Virus record (IMG/VR): IMGVR_UViG_3300043444_000221 | Coordinates: 16,321-80,320 of that record | Direction: 5' to 3' (one strand) | Length of the DNA stretch: 64,000 nt | Source: a virus | In this document: in pieces, positions 12,270-23,246 of the stretch | Numbering within the stretch: the stretch's first letter is position 1 | Layout: each line of letters opens with the position of its first letter | Notes under the pieces: model-generated | What the model was told of the DNA's origin: nothing | What the model saw: the letters and a program-made list of their open reading frames with translations, nothing else | Database searches by the model: none | Translations under genes and position numbers: made by a program

Positions 12270-13125
12270 TGAGCATATCTCTATTATTGTTATTGCCTAC
12301 AAGGATAAAAATCTAGCAGACTTTGTTTCATCTATAAAGAAGAATACAAGGTCTCATCACTCAATAGAAGTTTTTGATCAGCATCCCATTGACCACCGTA
12401 AAGAATTTGAGGGTATCGAAGAATGCTCGTATGATCATAAAATATGGGATGATATTGCTGGACCAACGATTAAGCGTACAGAGAAGATATCAAATAGAAT
12501 GCATAATGCAACACACATATGCGTAGTGACACCAGACTCTGTTCTTGCCCCAGGATGGGATGTTGAGTTATTAAAGCTATCTAGCAAAAATAAAGCTGTG
12601 TTTTCTGGTAATGGCAAGGCCATTGTTTCAAATAAGGACCTATTTTCATTAAACGTAGAATATCTTCCATTTAACGAAAGCATTAAGAATCAATTTGTTA
12701 CCAAGAACTTTATCTTTGCTGAATCACAGGCATTCCGTAATATACGGATGCCAGATTTTTTAAAGTATGCTGGAGAAGATGAGTATTGGACATTAGCTTT
12801 TATGTCTCAGGGATATGACATATACTCTGTTCCCACACATATTTATCATGATACAAAATATCGCTCAATAGAAAATACATACCACACCTTCTCTGCAGAA
12901 CACAACTACAACATTGTGGTAGATCTAATGCATAAGGTTAATCTGGAAGAGTATAAGATTTCAGTGGCAGCAGTGGATAACTTTTTTGAGTTTCACAAAA
13001 TAGATCCAAGCAGTATCAAAAAGCTTCCATATGCTACCAACGATGTATCATACAATCCGTATAACCTACAGATGCACGATGTTGATGCACGAAGGTTTAT
13101 AGCAGGCACAAAAGCAGTCTATTAG
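12259..13125 (+). CDS. GT-A glycosyltransferase (divergent GT60-like)
   Basis: ISIIVIAYKD, DS....GWD, GEDEY....F..GYDIY. Confidence 0.6.
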   Translation: MMINEHISIIVIAYKDKNLADFVSSIKKNTRSHHSIEVFDQHPIDHRKEFEGIEECSYDHKIWDDIAGPTIKRTEKISNRMHNATHICVVTPDSVLAPGWDVELLKLSSKNKAVFSGNGKAIVSNKDLFSLNVEYLPFNESIKNQFVTKNFIFAESQAFRNIRMPDFLKYAGEDEYWTLAFMSQGYDIYSVPTHIYHDTKYRSIENTYHTFSAEHNYNIVVDLMHKVNLEEYKISVAAVDNFFEFHKIDPSSIKKLPYATNDVSYNPYNLQMHDVDARRFIAGTKAVY

Positions 13126-13144
13126 AATAGGGTATAATATAATC

Positions 13145-13744
13145 ATGCACAGTATTAAAGTCATTAATGATTTCGTAGAGCCAGCAGATGCTCAATTGTA
13201 TATGGATGAGGCTAGGACTCCTAGCAATGTAGAGCCGTTCCCAGACTACTATAAAGATCGCTTTGGTGGAACTGCTCTGCCATATAATGAAAACACTAGA
13301 TACCTAAACAAAAAGTATGGCAGAAAAGCTGCTGAACTTGTCCAAGAGCTATACGGATTTGTTAATCCAGTTTATGTTTATAAAGTTTTTATGAATCATA
13401 CAACAAAGCCAGGATACTCTGGACCAATCCATACAGACTCAGTTGACCCTGAGCCATGGATTGAGTGGAGTGCTGTTCTGTATGTTAATGATGACTTTGA
13501 GGGTGCTAAGCTCCACTTTCCAAATCAGGCTTTTGTGTATGACCCAGCACCACGTGACGCTGTATTTTTCCCATCAGCAGGTGCGGAATACATGCACGGC
13601 ATCTCTGAGATGAAGTCTGGTGAAAGATTTTCTATAGTAGTATGCTTGACTAGCAAACCACAGTATGCTGATCCAGACATGCTGGAGCCAGGGGATGATA
13701 TGAATTATAGGGCGACAATGTATGATATGGAGGCAAATAGTTGA
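13145..13744 (+). CDS. 2OG-Fe(II) oxygenase, prolyl-4-hydroxylase-like
   Basis: HTD, SAVLYVNDDFEG..L.F, H, SGERF. Confidence 0.85.
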   Translation: MHSIKVINDFVEPADAQLYMDEARTPSNVEPFPDYYKDRFGGTALPYNENTRYLNKKYGRKAAELVQELYGFVNPVYVYKVFMNHTTKPGYSGPIHTDSVDPEPWIEWSAVLYVNDDFEGAKLHFPNQAFVYDPAPRDAVFFPSAGAEYMHGISEMKSGERFSIVVCLTSKPQYADPDMLEPGDDMNYRATMYDMEANS

Positions 13745-14391
13745 AGCATGAAATATTAGACTTGGGTCTAGTTTATTACACAGATGTTTTTGACAGCCAC
13801 AAAGATCTTGTAGCAAAGATAGAGTCTATGATGGACAGGATTGCTAGGCATGAGCATGGTAGCAATGAGATTCAGGCAGAGGACTGGCAGCCTTGGTGGG
13901 ATGATCACATGGACAAGCCATTCAACTATAAAAGACCAATCTTTAGAAAAGACTCTATTTCTCCAGATGGACACTATGCTAAAGAGCTTTTGGAAATCTC
14001 TGAAATTGTTTATACCGCACTAGATGCAGCATTTGAACACTACGCATCTGAGCTGTATCCATTTGCAAAAAACAATATTAAGTCAGAAGAGTTTGGTGAT
14101 GGCATACTAAAGTACGTTGACAGTGGACACCTGCCAGCTCATCATGACCATGGTGTGAGCAGTCGTGTGCTTTCAGCAGTCATTTATTTAAACGACGACT
14201 ATGATGGTGGCGAGATTGAATTCCAGCAATCAGGAGTAAAAATCAAGCCAAAAGCTGGAAGTATTATATTCTTCCCATCAAACTTTTTATATATCCATGA
14301 GGTTATGCCAGTTTCAAATGGTACAAGGTATGCAATACCACACTGGTATCACAATATGACCAAGCCAATTTTGTCGAATGGAAGCGAATGA
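13741..14391 (+). CDS. 2OG-Fe(II) oxygenase, prolyl-4-hydroxylase-like
   Basis: HHD, SAVIYLNDDYDGGEI.F, HEV.PV..GTRY. Confidence 0.88.
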   Translation: MKHEILDLGLVYYTDVFDSHKDLVAKIESMMDRIARHEHGSNEIQAEDWQPWWDDHMDKPFNYKRPIFRKDSISPDGHYAKELLEISEIVYTALDAAFEHYASELYPFAKNNIKSEEFGDGILKYVDSGHLPAHHDHGVSSRVLSAVIYLNDDYDGGEIEFQQSGVKIKPKAGSIIFFPSNFLYIHEVMPVSNGTRYAIPHWYHNMTKPILSNGSE

Positions 14392-14473
14392 AAAGAATAA
14401 TATTTTTAATTAAGTTTAAGCTTTGGAAGATTAAGAATCGCAAAAAGCTAAAGAAGAAAGAATATATTTATTA

Positions 14474-15376
14474 ATGTCAGTAGATATTGGTAGCAACATT
14501 AATTTTGGACACATCGTAAACGGTAGTGTCATGGAATTCTCAACACAATTTGGATATAGTGGGTGGACAAAGACTGGCCCTGGACCAGGACTTGGTAAGC
14601 ATAACTGGTATGACCAAATTGACTTATATATAAATTCACATGGATTTAGGTGTGATGAATTTGTAGAAAAAGATAAGCATGATGGCATGCACCTTTTGTT
14701 TGCAGGATGTTCTGTAACTTGGGGAGATGCTACAAAGAGCAAAGATCTTTGGGCAAAAAGGGTATATGACAAAATATCTTCAGTTCACAAGACTAGCGGA
14801 TACTTTAATATAGGTTTCCCAGGGATGAGCATTATACAAGAAATATTCTGGATCATAAAGTATTGTAAAGCTTTTGGGAACCCAGACTTTATATTTTTTC
14901 TTATGCCAAATGTTGGCAGATTTGTTAATGTTGGCTACATTGGCGGTGGAGATAGTCCAGTACTTGGAAGCTCATTGATGGATACAGAAAGTAAAGACTT
15001 TGATACAAACTCTTTATTGTTAGCAGCCTACCTAACATTTGAGGCCTACCTAATGCTTGATGAATATTGCAAGGCATCAGGGATAACCCTAATATCCAGT
15101 ACATGGTCTGATCATCCAAATGAAAGAATAAACCACGGTAACTCGTTTATAAACCCAACAGCTAGTTTGCTAAAGGGTAAGTTTGACACATTCTTTGACT
15201 TTATGCAAGATGGTGTTGACAAATTGGAATGGATGTATGAGTATATAGTTAAAAATCCAGAAGCAACATTAAGAGCAATTGATGATATACATCCAGGCTC
15301 AGCAGAACATGCGTACTTTGCTACCAGAATGCTAGACAGATACAGAGAGATAACAAGTGAAGATATTAGGCTTTAA
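14474..15376 (+). CDS. SGNH-like hypothetical protein; paralog of 35714..36646
   Basis: N..GFRCDEF, LFAGCS.T.G, GYFN.G, D..HPG. Confidence 0.6.
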   Translation: MSVDIGSNINFGHIVNGSVMEFSTQFGYSGWTKTGPGPGLGKHNWYDQIDLYINSHGFRCDEFVEKDKHDGMHLLFAGCSVTWGDATKSKDLWAKRVYDKISSVHKTSGYFNIGFPGMSIIQEIFWIIKYCKAFGNPDFIFFLMPNVGRFVNVGYIGGGDSPVLGSSLMDTESKDFDTNSLLLAAYLTFEAYLMLDEYCKASGITLISSTWSDHPNERINHGNSFINPTASLLKGKFDTFFDFMQDGVDKLEWMYEYIVKNPEATLRAIDDIHPGSAEHAYFATRMLDRYREITSEDIRL

Positions 15377-16775
15377 CGAAACTTCTCATGATGCAGCTGT
15401 TGCTGTTGTTAAAAATGGAATGATTCTATTTGCAGGGCATGCAGAACGGTATAGTAAAGAAAAGAATGACTGGTACACAAACGATGATTTGTGGAATGAT
15501 GCACTTAGATGGGGAAAGCCAGACGCAATAGCTTACTACGAAAAGCCATGGCTAAAGAAATTTAGGCTTTGGAAAAATGGTGGGGCAGCGGACTGGAAGC
15601 CCAAACACAGATATGATGTATCATTTAAGCACCACTACTCTCACGCATGTGCTGGATACTACACAAGTACATTTGATAAAGCAGCAATAGTTGTCCTTGA
15701 TGCAATGGGAGAATTTGCAACATCTACCGTCTGGTCTGGTGATGGCGAAGAGATTAAGCTTGTCAAAGAAATAAAGTATCCACTTAGCTTTGGATTATTC
15801 TATACAGCATTTACAAAACTTATCGGACTCAAGCCAAACGAACATGAGTATATCCTTATGGGTATGGCAGGGTATGGAGATCCAGCGAGATACTTTAAAA
15901 AGGTATCTGAGTATTTCCCATACACTGGTAAGCAGAAGTACAACTACCACAAGGGCATTACTGATTGGAATGAGCCAATTGATGAGCAAGCTAAATTTGA
16001 TATAGCTGCTGCAGTTCAGAGAGTTTATGAATATAGGCTGTGGGACTTTATGTCTCAGGTAAGAAATGAATTACTGCCAAATTATGGCAACCTTGTTTTT
16101 ATGGGTGGTTGTGCATTGAATGCATCTGCAAATACAATGTTGTGGAAGATATTTGATAACATTTGGATTATGCCAAATCCAGGGGATGCTGGCAGTTCTT
16201 TGGGGGCTGCCCTTGCACTTCGTGGAAAGCATGTAAGGTGGGAAGGCCCATACCTTGGGTACGATCTTGGTAATGAGTATCCAGTAGACGCAATCTTTAA
16301 TGAAATAATGACAAACAAAGTATGTGCAGTAGCTGCAGGAAGAGCAGAGTTTGGTCCACGTGCACTTGGTAATAGAAGCATCTTGGCAGACCCAAGAGAT
16401 CCAGACATCAAGGATAAGGTTAATAGAATAAAGCAGCGTGAACTCTTTAGGCCATTTGCCCCAGTGGTTATGGCTGAGCATGCATCTGAATGGTTTGATA
16501 TGAATTATGAATCTCCATATATGCAGTACACTCCAAAGTGTCTAAAGCCTGAAATCATTCCATCAGTTGTACACGTAGATGGAACTTCCAGAGTTCAGAC
16601 AGTTACAAGAGAACAGCATCCAGGACTATATGCAGTCCTAGAAAAGTTCTACAATGAAACTGGTGTTCCAGTATTGCTTAATACTAGTCTGAATGTTAAG
16701 GGGCAGCCATTACTTAACGATGAAGATGACATTAAGCTTTGGGAAGAAACCTATAATACTAAGATTGTGAGATAA
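15357..16775 (+). CDS. Carbamoyltransferase (NodU/CmcH family)
   Basis: HDAA, HH.SHA, GGCALN, EFGPRALGNRSILADP, RPFAP, LLNTSLN. Confidence 0.93.
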   Translation: MKILGFNETSHDAAVAVVKNGMILFAGHAERYSKEKNDWYTNDDLWNDALRWGKPDAIAYYEKPWLKKFRLWKNGGAADWKPKHRYDVSFKHHYSHACAGYYTSTFDKAAIVVLDAMGEFATSTVWSGDGEEIKLVKEIKYPLSFGLFYTAFTKLIGLKPNEHEYILMGMAGYGDPARYFKKVSEYFPYTGKQKYNYHKGITDWNEPIDEQAKFDIAAAVQRVYEYRLWDFMSQVRNELLPNYGNLVFMGGCALNASANTMLWKIFDNIWIMPNPGDAGSSLGAALALRGKHVRWEGPYLGYDLGNEYPVDAIFNEIMTNKVCAVAAGRAEFGPRALGNRSILADPRDPDIKDKVNRIKQRELFRPFAPVVMAEHASEWFDMNYESPYMQYTPKCLKPEIIPSVVHVDGTSRVQTVTREQHPGLYAVLEKFYNETGVPVLLNTSLNVKGQPLLNDEDDIKLWEETYNTKIVR

Positions 16776-16778
16776 GTC

Positions 16779-17723
16779 ATGAAAGATAAAACAATTTTTA
16801 TAACAGTTCCTGCCTACAATGATCCAGCACTAATCAGAACTATTGAGGGTGCGTTGGAGAATGCCTTGTTCCCAGAAAGATTATTTTTTTGTATAGGAAT
16901 GCAGTATCATGATGACAGAATGCCAGACATCTCTAAGTATTTGGATAACCCAAACTTTAAGTTTTTATTTTATGATGTAGAGACTCGTCCAGGAGTTTAC
17001 TGGGTAAGACGAGAGATGGCAGAGCAGCATAGCGGACAAGACTATTTCCTAATGATAGATTCTCATATGGTGTTTGCAAAGTATTGGGATGCTACACTAA
17101 TCAATGACTATGATGCACTTGTTAGGTTGCATGGGGAAAAGACAGTATTGTCTAGGCCAACCATGAAACACGTTGGCTCAACCTTTGATAATGGTTTTGT
17201 AACTGATGCTGTTTATTGGGGCATAACACCAAATAATGATTTAAATGTTATTGATAGGACAATTAGTCCAGCAGCAGATAGTGAACCATGGGATGGTACT
17301 AGGTACAGAAGAAGCTTCCAGTCATGCAGCCACTTCTTCTTTACAAATAAGAACTATTTAAAAGATGTTGGATTCTTCCCAATTATAAGATCATACACAG
17401 AAGAATACACCATATCTATAGCAAGCTTCTTGTCTGGATGGGATTATTACTATAACACTGAATATATTCCTATAGGTCACGATGATGAAGAGACTACCAT
17501 GGCAATTTATGGTAAGCCAATGTATACTATGGGTCAGGGAAAGCCTTATCAGGCACTATACGAAAGTCCTGATGAGAGGGTTGAGATGGCAAAGTTTCAA
17601 TTCTTAGACAGCTCTTCTGTCTTTAAGGTTAAGAATCAAAGGCGTACAATAGAAGAGTTCTATGACCTGAACCCTCAACTAAAAGATATAAGGCAGATGT
17701 ACATAGCAATGCTTGGCCTTTAA
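16779..17723 (+). CDS. GT60-like (Skp1-hydroxyproline GlcNAc transferase-like) glycosyltransferase
   Basis: IFITVPAYNDP, A..PERL, YFLMIDSHM.F...WD, EE...S...F..GWD. Confidence 0.75.
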   Translation: MKDKTIFITVPAYNDPALIRTIEGALENALFPERLFFCIGMQYHDDRMPDISKYLDNPNFKFLFYDVETRPGVYWVRREMAEQHSGQDYFLMIDSHMVFAKYWDATLINDYDALVRLHGEKTVLSRPTMKHVGSTFDNGFVTDAVYWGITPNNDLNVIDRTISPAADSEPWDGTRYRRSFQSCSHFFFTNKNYLKDVGFFPIIRSYTEEYTISIASFLSGWDYYYNTEYIPIGHDDEETTMAIYGKPMYTMGQGKPYQALYESPDERVEMAKFQFLDSSSVFKVKNQRRTIEEFYDLNPQLKDIRQMYIAMLGL

Positions 17724-17765
17724 TATTCTGGTATAATTTTGTACTGTCGTATAAGGAGGCCAAAT

Positions 17766-18344
17766 ATGGCAGACAAAAACACAGCAGCCCTATTAGTTGA
17801 GGTTGCAAAAAAGGAACTTGGAACTATTGAGGGTCCAAAGGATAACGAAACCAAATATGGTAAATTTACAAAGGCAAACTTTCAAGCTTGGTGCGGATCA
17901 TTTGTTATGTGGTGTGCAGATCAAGCAGGTGTAAAGGTGCCAAACACTGTCTATACTCCTGCAGGTGCAGAAGGTTTTAAGAAGATGGGTACTTGGGTTG
18001 ATGCTAAGAGCGGAGAAGCTCCACAGCCAGGTGACATTCTTTATTTTGATTTTCCAGAAGACGGTGTCAATAGAATTTCACACGTTGGTATTTGTATTAA
18101 GGCTGGCAAAGATGGACTATGCACAACCATAGAAGGCAACACATCTGGGACTGCAAAGGGAGACCAGAGAAATGGTGGAATGGTTGCAGAAAAGGTTCGT
18201 GGATATGCAAAGAATAAAAAGGGTATTCAGGTGTCTATTGTTGGATGGGGTAGACCAAAGTTTTCTCCTAATACTTCGGTAGCAGAAAAGCCTTTTGACA
18301 CAGACTCAGTCACAGAAATTTATTGTGACTATTTAGAAGCATAA
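17766..18344 (+). CDS. CHAP-domain amidase
   Basis: WCGSFVMW, PGDI..F, SHVGI, TIEGNT. Confidence 0.85.
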   Translation: MADKNTAALLVEVAKKELGTIEGPKDNETKYGKFTKANFQAWCGSFVMWCADQAGVKVPNTVYTPAGAEGFKKMGTWVDAKSGEAPQPGDILYFDFPEDGVNRISHVGICIKAGKDGLCTTIEGNTSGTAKGDQRNGGMVAEKVRGYAKNKKGIQVSIVGWGRPKFSPNTSVAEKPFDTDSVTEIYCDYLEA

Positions 18345-18379
18345 TGTGTTAAAATATATTTATATAGAAGGAGGGCCAC

Positions 18380-19138
18380 ATGGCCAAATATCAATATCCG
18401 ATTGACGGAGGAAAAAACAAAGGCTGGAAAATCAGCAGCAAGATGGGCTGGAGAATTCACCCAGTCCAGAAAACTAAGAAGCACCACAATGGTACTGACA
18501 TCTTTGGACTTGGAAAGAAGCCATGGTACATCGAAGCATTCGCAGATGGAAAGGTTCTAAAGGCACAGAAGTCAACTGCTGCAGGTGGTGGATTTGGATA
18601 CTATGTAGTTCTTTTGCACAAGATTGATGGAGAATTTTATACATCACTATACGCTCACATGGAAGAAGGATCTTTGCAGGTAAAGCCTGGACAGACAGTT
18701 ACCGCTGGTACAGTTCTTGGAAAGATGGGAACTACTGGTATGTCAACTGGTGTTCACCTACACTGGGAGATCTGGAAGGGTAAGGAGCATGGATGGTCTG
18801 CAGACGGCAAGGGCTTTGTTGAGCCAATTGGATTTGTAGAAGCACTCATGGCAGCAGAAAAGGCAAAGGCATCAGCTGATGAGGTAACCCCTTCTGACGC
18901 TCCAGCACAGCCACTGCCAGCTCACTCAACTATGCCAGAGGAAAAGCCAAAGCCAGCACCAAAGCCAGTTGCTAAGCCAGTTGCAAAAGCACCTGCTAAG
19001 GTGTATACTGTTAAGGCAGGGGATACACTGAGTGGTATTGCTACAAAGAACAAAACAACAGTAGCTAATCTAGTAAAGATTAACGGGATCAAGGATGCTA
19101 ATAAGCTATCTGTTGGTCAAAAAATTAAGCTAGCCTAG
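18380..19138 (+). CDS. M23 peptidase with C-terminal LysM
   Basis: HNGTD, YAHM, STGVHLHWE; YTVKAGDTLSGIA. Confidence 0.92.
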   Translation: MAKYQYPIDGGKNKGWKISSKMGWRIHPVQKTKKHHNGTDIFGLGKKPWYIEAFADGKVLKAQKSTAAGGGFGYYVVLLHKIDGEFYTSLYAHMEEGSLQVKPGQTVTAGTVLGKMGTTGMSTGVHLHWEIWKGKEHGWSADGKGFVEPIGFVEALMAAEKAKASADEVTPSDAPAQPLPAHSTMPEEKPKPAPKPVAKPVAKAPAKVYTVKAGDTLSGIATKNKTTVANLVKINGIKDANKLSVGQKIKLA

Positions 19139-19209
19139 TTGACAGATAATCACAGGGGTGGTATACTTTATATAGTATGCCACCCTTTGTGGCCTTTATA
19201 GGAGGAAAT

Positions 19210-19410
19210 ATGGAATCCAATAAAAGAAGTTTGATTAAGACATTGAGCTGGGAAACATTCCATCTCATTGGAGTAGCTGGTGTAATTTATCTTTTCACTG
19301 GCGAATGGGAGTATGCAAGCCTTGGTGCCTTGATTTATATTGCCTGGGAATCTCTAGGGTATTACATCCATGAGCGTCTTTGGGCTAAGTTTGGCAAGAA
19401 GGTAAAGTAA
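19210..19410 (+). CDS. DUF2061-like small membrane protein
   Basis: RSLIKTLSW...YYIHERLW; GGAGG RBS. Confidence 0.75.
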   Translation: MESNKRSLIKTLSWETFHLIGVAGVIYLFTGEWEYASLGALIYIAWESLGYYIHERLWAKFGKKVK

Positions 19411-19586
19411 TGCCAGTATATGAGTATGCATGTACATCATGCGATCATTCATTTAAAGAGACAAGAAGTATCCACGACCCATCACCTGAGCATTTGTGCG
19501 AAAAGTGTGGGTATAGAATGCGTCAAGTAATTGGCACACCTGCTATCCAGTTTAAGGGTAGCGGATTCTATCAAACAGATAAGTAG
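19410..19586 (+). CDS. FmdB-family zinc-ribbon protein (not in track)
   Basis: MPVYEYACTSC...CEKCG...IQFKGSGFY.TD. Confidence 0.85.
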   Translation: MPVYEYACTSCDHSFKETRSIHDPSPEHLCEKCGYRMRQVIGTPAIQFKGSGFYQTDK

Positions 19587-19594
19587 GAGTAGGC

Positions 19595-19831
19595 ATGGAA
19601 ATTGCAATATCTCATGAATGGACATTGACAGCTAATGATCGTTGCGACAGCTGTGGTGCACAGGCATATGTACAGGTAACTGGAGTATCTGGAGACCTAC
19701 TGTTTTGTTCTCACCACTACAATAAGATTGTAGATAATGCTGTTGGATATGACAAAATGATGAAGTTTGCATTCAAGATAGTTGATGAGCGAGAACGTCT
19801 TGAAGAGAATCGGACAAAGGGTGAAGACTAA
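19595..19831 (+). CDS. Actinobacterial-type small Zn-finger protein
   Basis: LTANDRCDSCGAQAY...LLFCSHH. Confidence 0.7.
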   Translation: MEIAISHEWTLTANDRCDSCGAQAYVQVTGVSGDLLFCSHHYNKIVDNAVGYDKMMKFAFKIVDERERLEENRTKGED

Positions 19832-20825
19832 AAGAGTATTGCTTACTGGCGGTGCTGGATTTTTGGGTAGTCACGTCTTAAAGCGTATCCTAGATACAAC
19901 TGATTGGGAAGTTGTCTGCCTAGTTACATTCAAGCATCATGGCATTCAGGATAGACTTGTATTTGCAACTGAAAATTTGCCAGAAAAGCTTGGTAGGGTA
20001 AAGGTTCTGACCTGCGACCTATCTTCGCCAATATCGTCAGTAACATCAAATAAGATTGGCAAGATTGACTATGTTCTAGATTTAGCAAGTGAAAGCCATG
20101 TAAACAGAAGCATTGAAGATCCTGCACCATTTATTATTAATAATGTTCAGGTTATTTGTCATATGCTTGAGTGGGCCAGAGAAGCAAAGCCTGAAAAGTT
20201 TATTCACATATCTACTGATGAAGTGTTTGGTCCATATCAGGGAAGACATTTTACTGAGTGGGACACACACTTGCCAAGCAATCCATATAGTGCATCTAAG
20301 GCTGCACAAGAAGATATTATGTATTCCTATTGGAGAACATACTCTATGCCTTTGGCAATAGTAAACATCATGAATATCGTTGGCGAGTGCCAGAATGTTG
20401 AAAAGTTTACACCAATGATAATTAAAAAAATTATTAATAATGAGACCGTAGACATTCATACATATGACAATGGCAAAATTGGCAAGAGATACTGGCTTTA
20501 TGCTGGCAATATGGCATCAGCACTACTGCACATACTGACAAAAGATTTTGTGCTGCCATCTGATTCTAGCAAACCACTAAGGTTTAATATTGCTGGAGAT
20601 AAAGAGTACTCTAATTTAGAGTGGGCAGAAAAGATCTCGTCAATACTTGACAAAAAATTAAATTATCAGATGGTTGATTCATCAGTTTCACGTCCAGGAT
20701 ATGACTCTAGCTATGCTCTAGACAATAGCAAACTAATAGAGTCTGGTTGGTCTGCACCGTATGATCTTGATCAAGAAGTAAGCAACATAGTTAAATGGTA
20801 TATGGAGAACCCAGAATGGTTATAA
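19821..20825 (+). CDS. dTDP-glucose 4,6-dehydratase-like
   Basis: TGGAGFLG, ASESHVNRSI, STDEVFG, PYSASKAA. Confidence 0.88.
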   Translation: MKTKRVLLTGGAGFLGSHVLKRILDTTDWEVVCLVTFKHHGIQDRLVFATENLPEKLGRVKVLTCDLSSPISSVTSNKIGKIDYVLDLASESHVNRSIEDPAPFIINNVQVICHMLEWAREAKPEKFIHISTDEVFGPYQGRHFTEWDTHLPSNPYSASKAAQEDIMYSYWRTYSMPLAIVNIMNIVGECQNVEKFTPMIIKKIINNETVDIHTYDNGKIGKRYWLYAGNMASALLHILTKDFVLPSDSSKPLRFNIAGDKEYSNLEWAEKISSILDKKLNYQMVDSSVSRPGYDSSYALDNSKLIESGWSAPYDLDQEVSNIVKWYMENPEWL

Positions 20826-22012
20826 GGGATAAGTGTCGTGCATGCAATAGCACAAAACTATTTACAGCGATTGATCTTGGGCTACAGCCTTTGGCAGGTG
20901 GCTTCATAAAAGATAAAGAGCCAGCATACTTGTATCCAAATGCTATGTTGGTTTGTGAGGATTGCGGTCTTGGCCAACTTTCTGTTGATGTCACTCCTAG
21001 TGAGCTGTATAAGAATTATAACTGGAGAACATCAACAAGTAAGTCTTATCTTGACTACATATATGATTTTGCAGATAAGCATATTATTCCAAGAATAAAC
21101 CCAGGGGAATGGGTCCTTGAAATTGCAAGTAATGATGGATATCTATTAAAATATCTAAAATCAAAAGGTATTGATGTTCTGGGGGTAGACCCTGCAGAGA
21201 ATATATCTAGATATGCTATCTGTGATGGTGTACCAGTAATCACAGATTTTTTTGGAACTGCTGTTGCAGAAGACATAGTTAGACTAAAGGGCAAGCCTAA
21301 GTGGATTGTTGCTAATAATGTTATGGCACATACACCAGATATTCAGGACTTTATGGCAGGCATATCAATGCTGTCTGATAGGGATACTATTGTTACGGTA
21401 GAGAATCCAACTATCATGAACATTATTGATCACGATCACTTTGACGTTATTTTCCATGAGCATTATTCCTATTTGTCTGCACATGCAGTTGCAAAACTTG
21501 CTAATCGCATGGGGCTATCACTATTTGATGTTCAGTCAGTGCCACCGCAGGGTGGGTCAAATAGGTACTGGATAAAGCAGGGCGGAGAGCCAACTGAGGG
21601 AGTTAGGGTTGCAGTTAGAGAAGAGTTGGAGTATGGTCTACTAAATAAAGATAAGTGGCAAGCTACTCAAGATAGGATTACACGTAATGCCAAATCTTTT
21701 GCTGGCAAGGTAGAATCTATTTGGCAGTCTGGTGGCACCATTTGTGGAGTTGGAGCATCTGCAAAGTCAACTGTTGTTTTAAATTTTGCAGGAATACAGT
21801 CGCACAGAATCTCTGCAGTTGCAGATGATGTAAAAGAAAAACAGGGATACAATATTCCTGGACCAATTATTCCAATTACAAGCATGGAAGATATGCTAAA
21901 ATTGAATCCAACTGATATAATAGTTTTTGCGTGGAATATTAGAAAAGAACTAGAGAGTAAGCTACGCAACTTGGGATACACAGGAAAAGTCTGGGTATGG
22001 AACGGAGAATAG
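20816..22012 (+). CDS. NDP-sugar C-methyltransferase
   Basis: CRAC..DLG.QPLA, CEDC.L.QL, EIASNDG.LL, HEH.SY, GASAK. Confidence 0.85.
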   Translation: MVIRDKCRACNSTKLFTAIDLGLQPLAGGFIKDKEPAYLYPNAMLVCEDCGLGQLSVDVTPSELYKNYNWRTSTSKSYLDYIYDFADKHIIPRINPGEWVLEIASNDGYLLKYLKSKGIDVLGVDPAENISRYAICDGVPVITDFFGTAVAEDIVRLKGKPKWIVANNVMAHTPDIQDFMAGISMLSDRDTIVTVENPTIMNIIDHDHFDVIFHEHYSYLSAHAVAKLANRMGLSLFDVQSVPPQGGSNRYWIKQGGEPTEGVRVAVREELEYGLLNKDKWQATQDRITRNAKSFAGKVESIWQSGGTICGVGASAKSTVVLNFAGIQSHRISAVADDVKEKQGYNIPGPIIPITSMEDMLKLNPTDIIVFAWNIRKELESKLRNLGYTGKVWVWNGE

Positions 22013-22013
22013 T

Positions 22014-22430
22014 ATGTACGAATATTATGTAAATGAAGTAACTAACGTAGTAGATGGAGACACCATTGACGTTGTAATTGATCTAGGCTTTGATATCCTG
22101 TTCAAGAGTCGTGTTCGTCTGGCTGGTATTGATACCCCAGAGTCACGTACATCTGATAAAGCTGAGAAGGCACTTGGACTTGAGGCAAAGGAATATCTTA
22201 AGAAAAATATCAAGGCTGCCAAAAAGGTTGTTATTCGTACAGAGAAGATGGATTCTTCTGAGAAGTATGGCCGTATCCTTGGTTGGGTCTATCTAGATGG
22301 AGATTCTGAATCTATTAACAACAAGATGATTAACGAAGGCTATGCGTGGGGTTATCTTGGTGAGACTAAGATTAAAGATTTTGATGCACTTGCAAAAGCA
22401 CGTGCTAATGCAGCAACCAAAAATAAGTAA
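22014..22430 (+). CDS. Thermonuclease (SNase-like)
   Basis: VVDGDTID, RVRLAGIDTPE, KYGRILG. Confidence 0.9.
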   Translation: MYEYYVNEVTNVVDGDTIDVVIDLGFDILFKSRVRLAGIDTPESRTSDKAEKALGLEAKEYLKKNIKAAKKVVIRTEKMDSSEKYGRILGWVYLDGDSESINNKMINEGYAWGYLGETKIKDFDALAKARANAATKNK

Positions 22431-22455
22431 TCACTAATAGCAGTATAATATTATC

Positions 22456-22893
22456 ATGGAATATATACTTGGTGCTATTGTGACGCTAGCCACTATTGCC
22501 TTTATTTCTAATAAAATAAACAATAGCAAAACCATGCGTCTTAGGGTCAACATTCAATACAACCAAACACGTGCATTTGAGCTTACTAAGCCATTAGATC
22601 TTTTCAATGCTATGGTTGATATGGTTGCAAATCCCATCATTACTCAGACTACCAAACATCATGACTCTATGCATGTAAAGGTTGTTATTGCAGACAATGA
22701 AGCCTACTGGATTTCAAACAATAAATTTTATGTGGCTGATGTTAGAGATAAAATGGTTATCCAGGAATCAGCAAGAGAAGTTGACACAATGACCATGGAT
22801 GATGTAGAATTGAAAAAGATAAGCGAAATTGTAGAGATACTTAGGAAGGAAGATAAGAATGATCGTGGTAGTTCAGGGAACAAAAAACTTTAA
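22456..22893 (+). CDS. Hypothetical protein with N-terminal TM
   Basis: Leaderless after TATAAT. Confidence 0.65.
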   Translation: MEYILGAIVTLATIAFISNKINNSKTMRLRVNIQYNQTRAFELTKPLDLFNAMVDMVANPIITQTTKHHDSMHVKVVIADNEAYWISNNKFYVADVRDKMVIQESAREVDTMTMDDVELKKISEIVEILRKEDKNDRGSSGNKKL

Positions 22894-23209
22894 TGACTAC
22901 TCAATCTTTTTGTCTGGTATGCGTTCAGCACTCATACGCAAGGACGAGGCTGACAAAGAGTTTATAGTATTTACAGCAGGACCCATAAACATAAACAATA
23001 TGGCTATGGAGTTTCTTAATGTTACAGAACGAAGCCTAAAGGCTAAGGGCATTAAGAGCAAGCTTGTAAAAATTCCACCAAGGTGGATTGAAGATAATCA
23101 TGCCGAAATTGATTACTTCGCCTTCTACTGCCTGCCAAAAGAATCACTTCCAGACTCTGTGCAAACTGCCAGAGCCAAGGATGTTGACGTGCAGGTATAT
23201 AGGCACTAA
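22859..23209 (+). CDS. Hypothetical protein
   Basis: ORF with GGAG RBS in operon. Confidence 0.65.
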   Translation: MIVVVQGTKNFNDYSIFLSGMRSALIRKDEADKEFIVFTAGPININNMAMEFLNVTERSLKAKGIKSKLVKIPPRWIEDNHAEIDYFAFYCLPKESLPDSVQTARAKDVDVQVYRH

Positions 23210-23246
23210 CAAAATAAACAATAATATGTACACAAGGGGTATATAA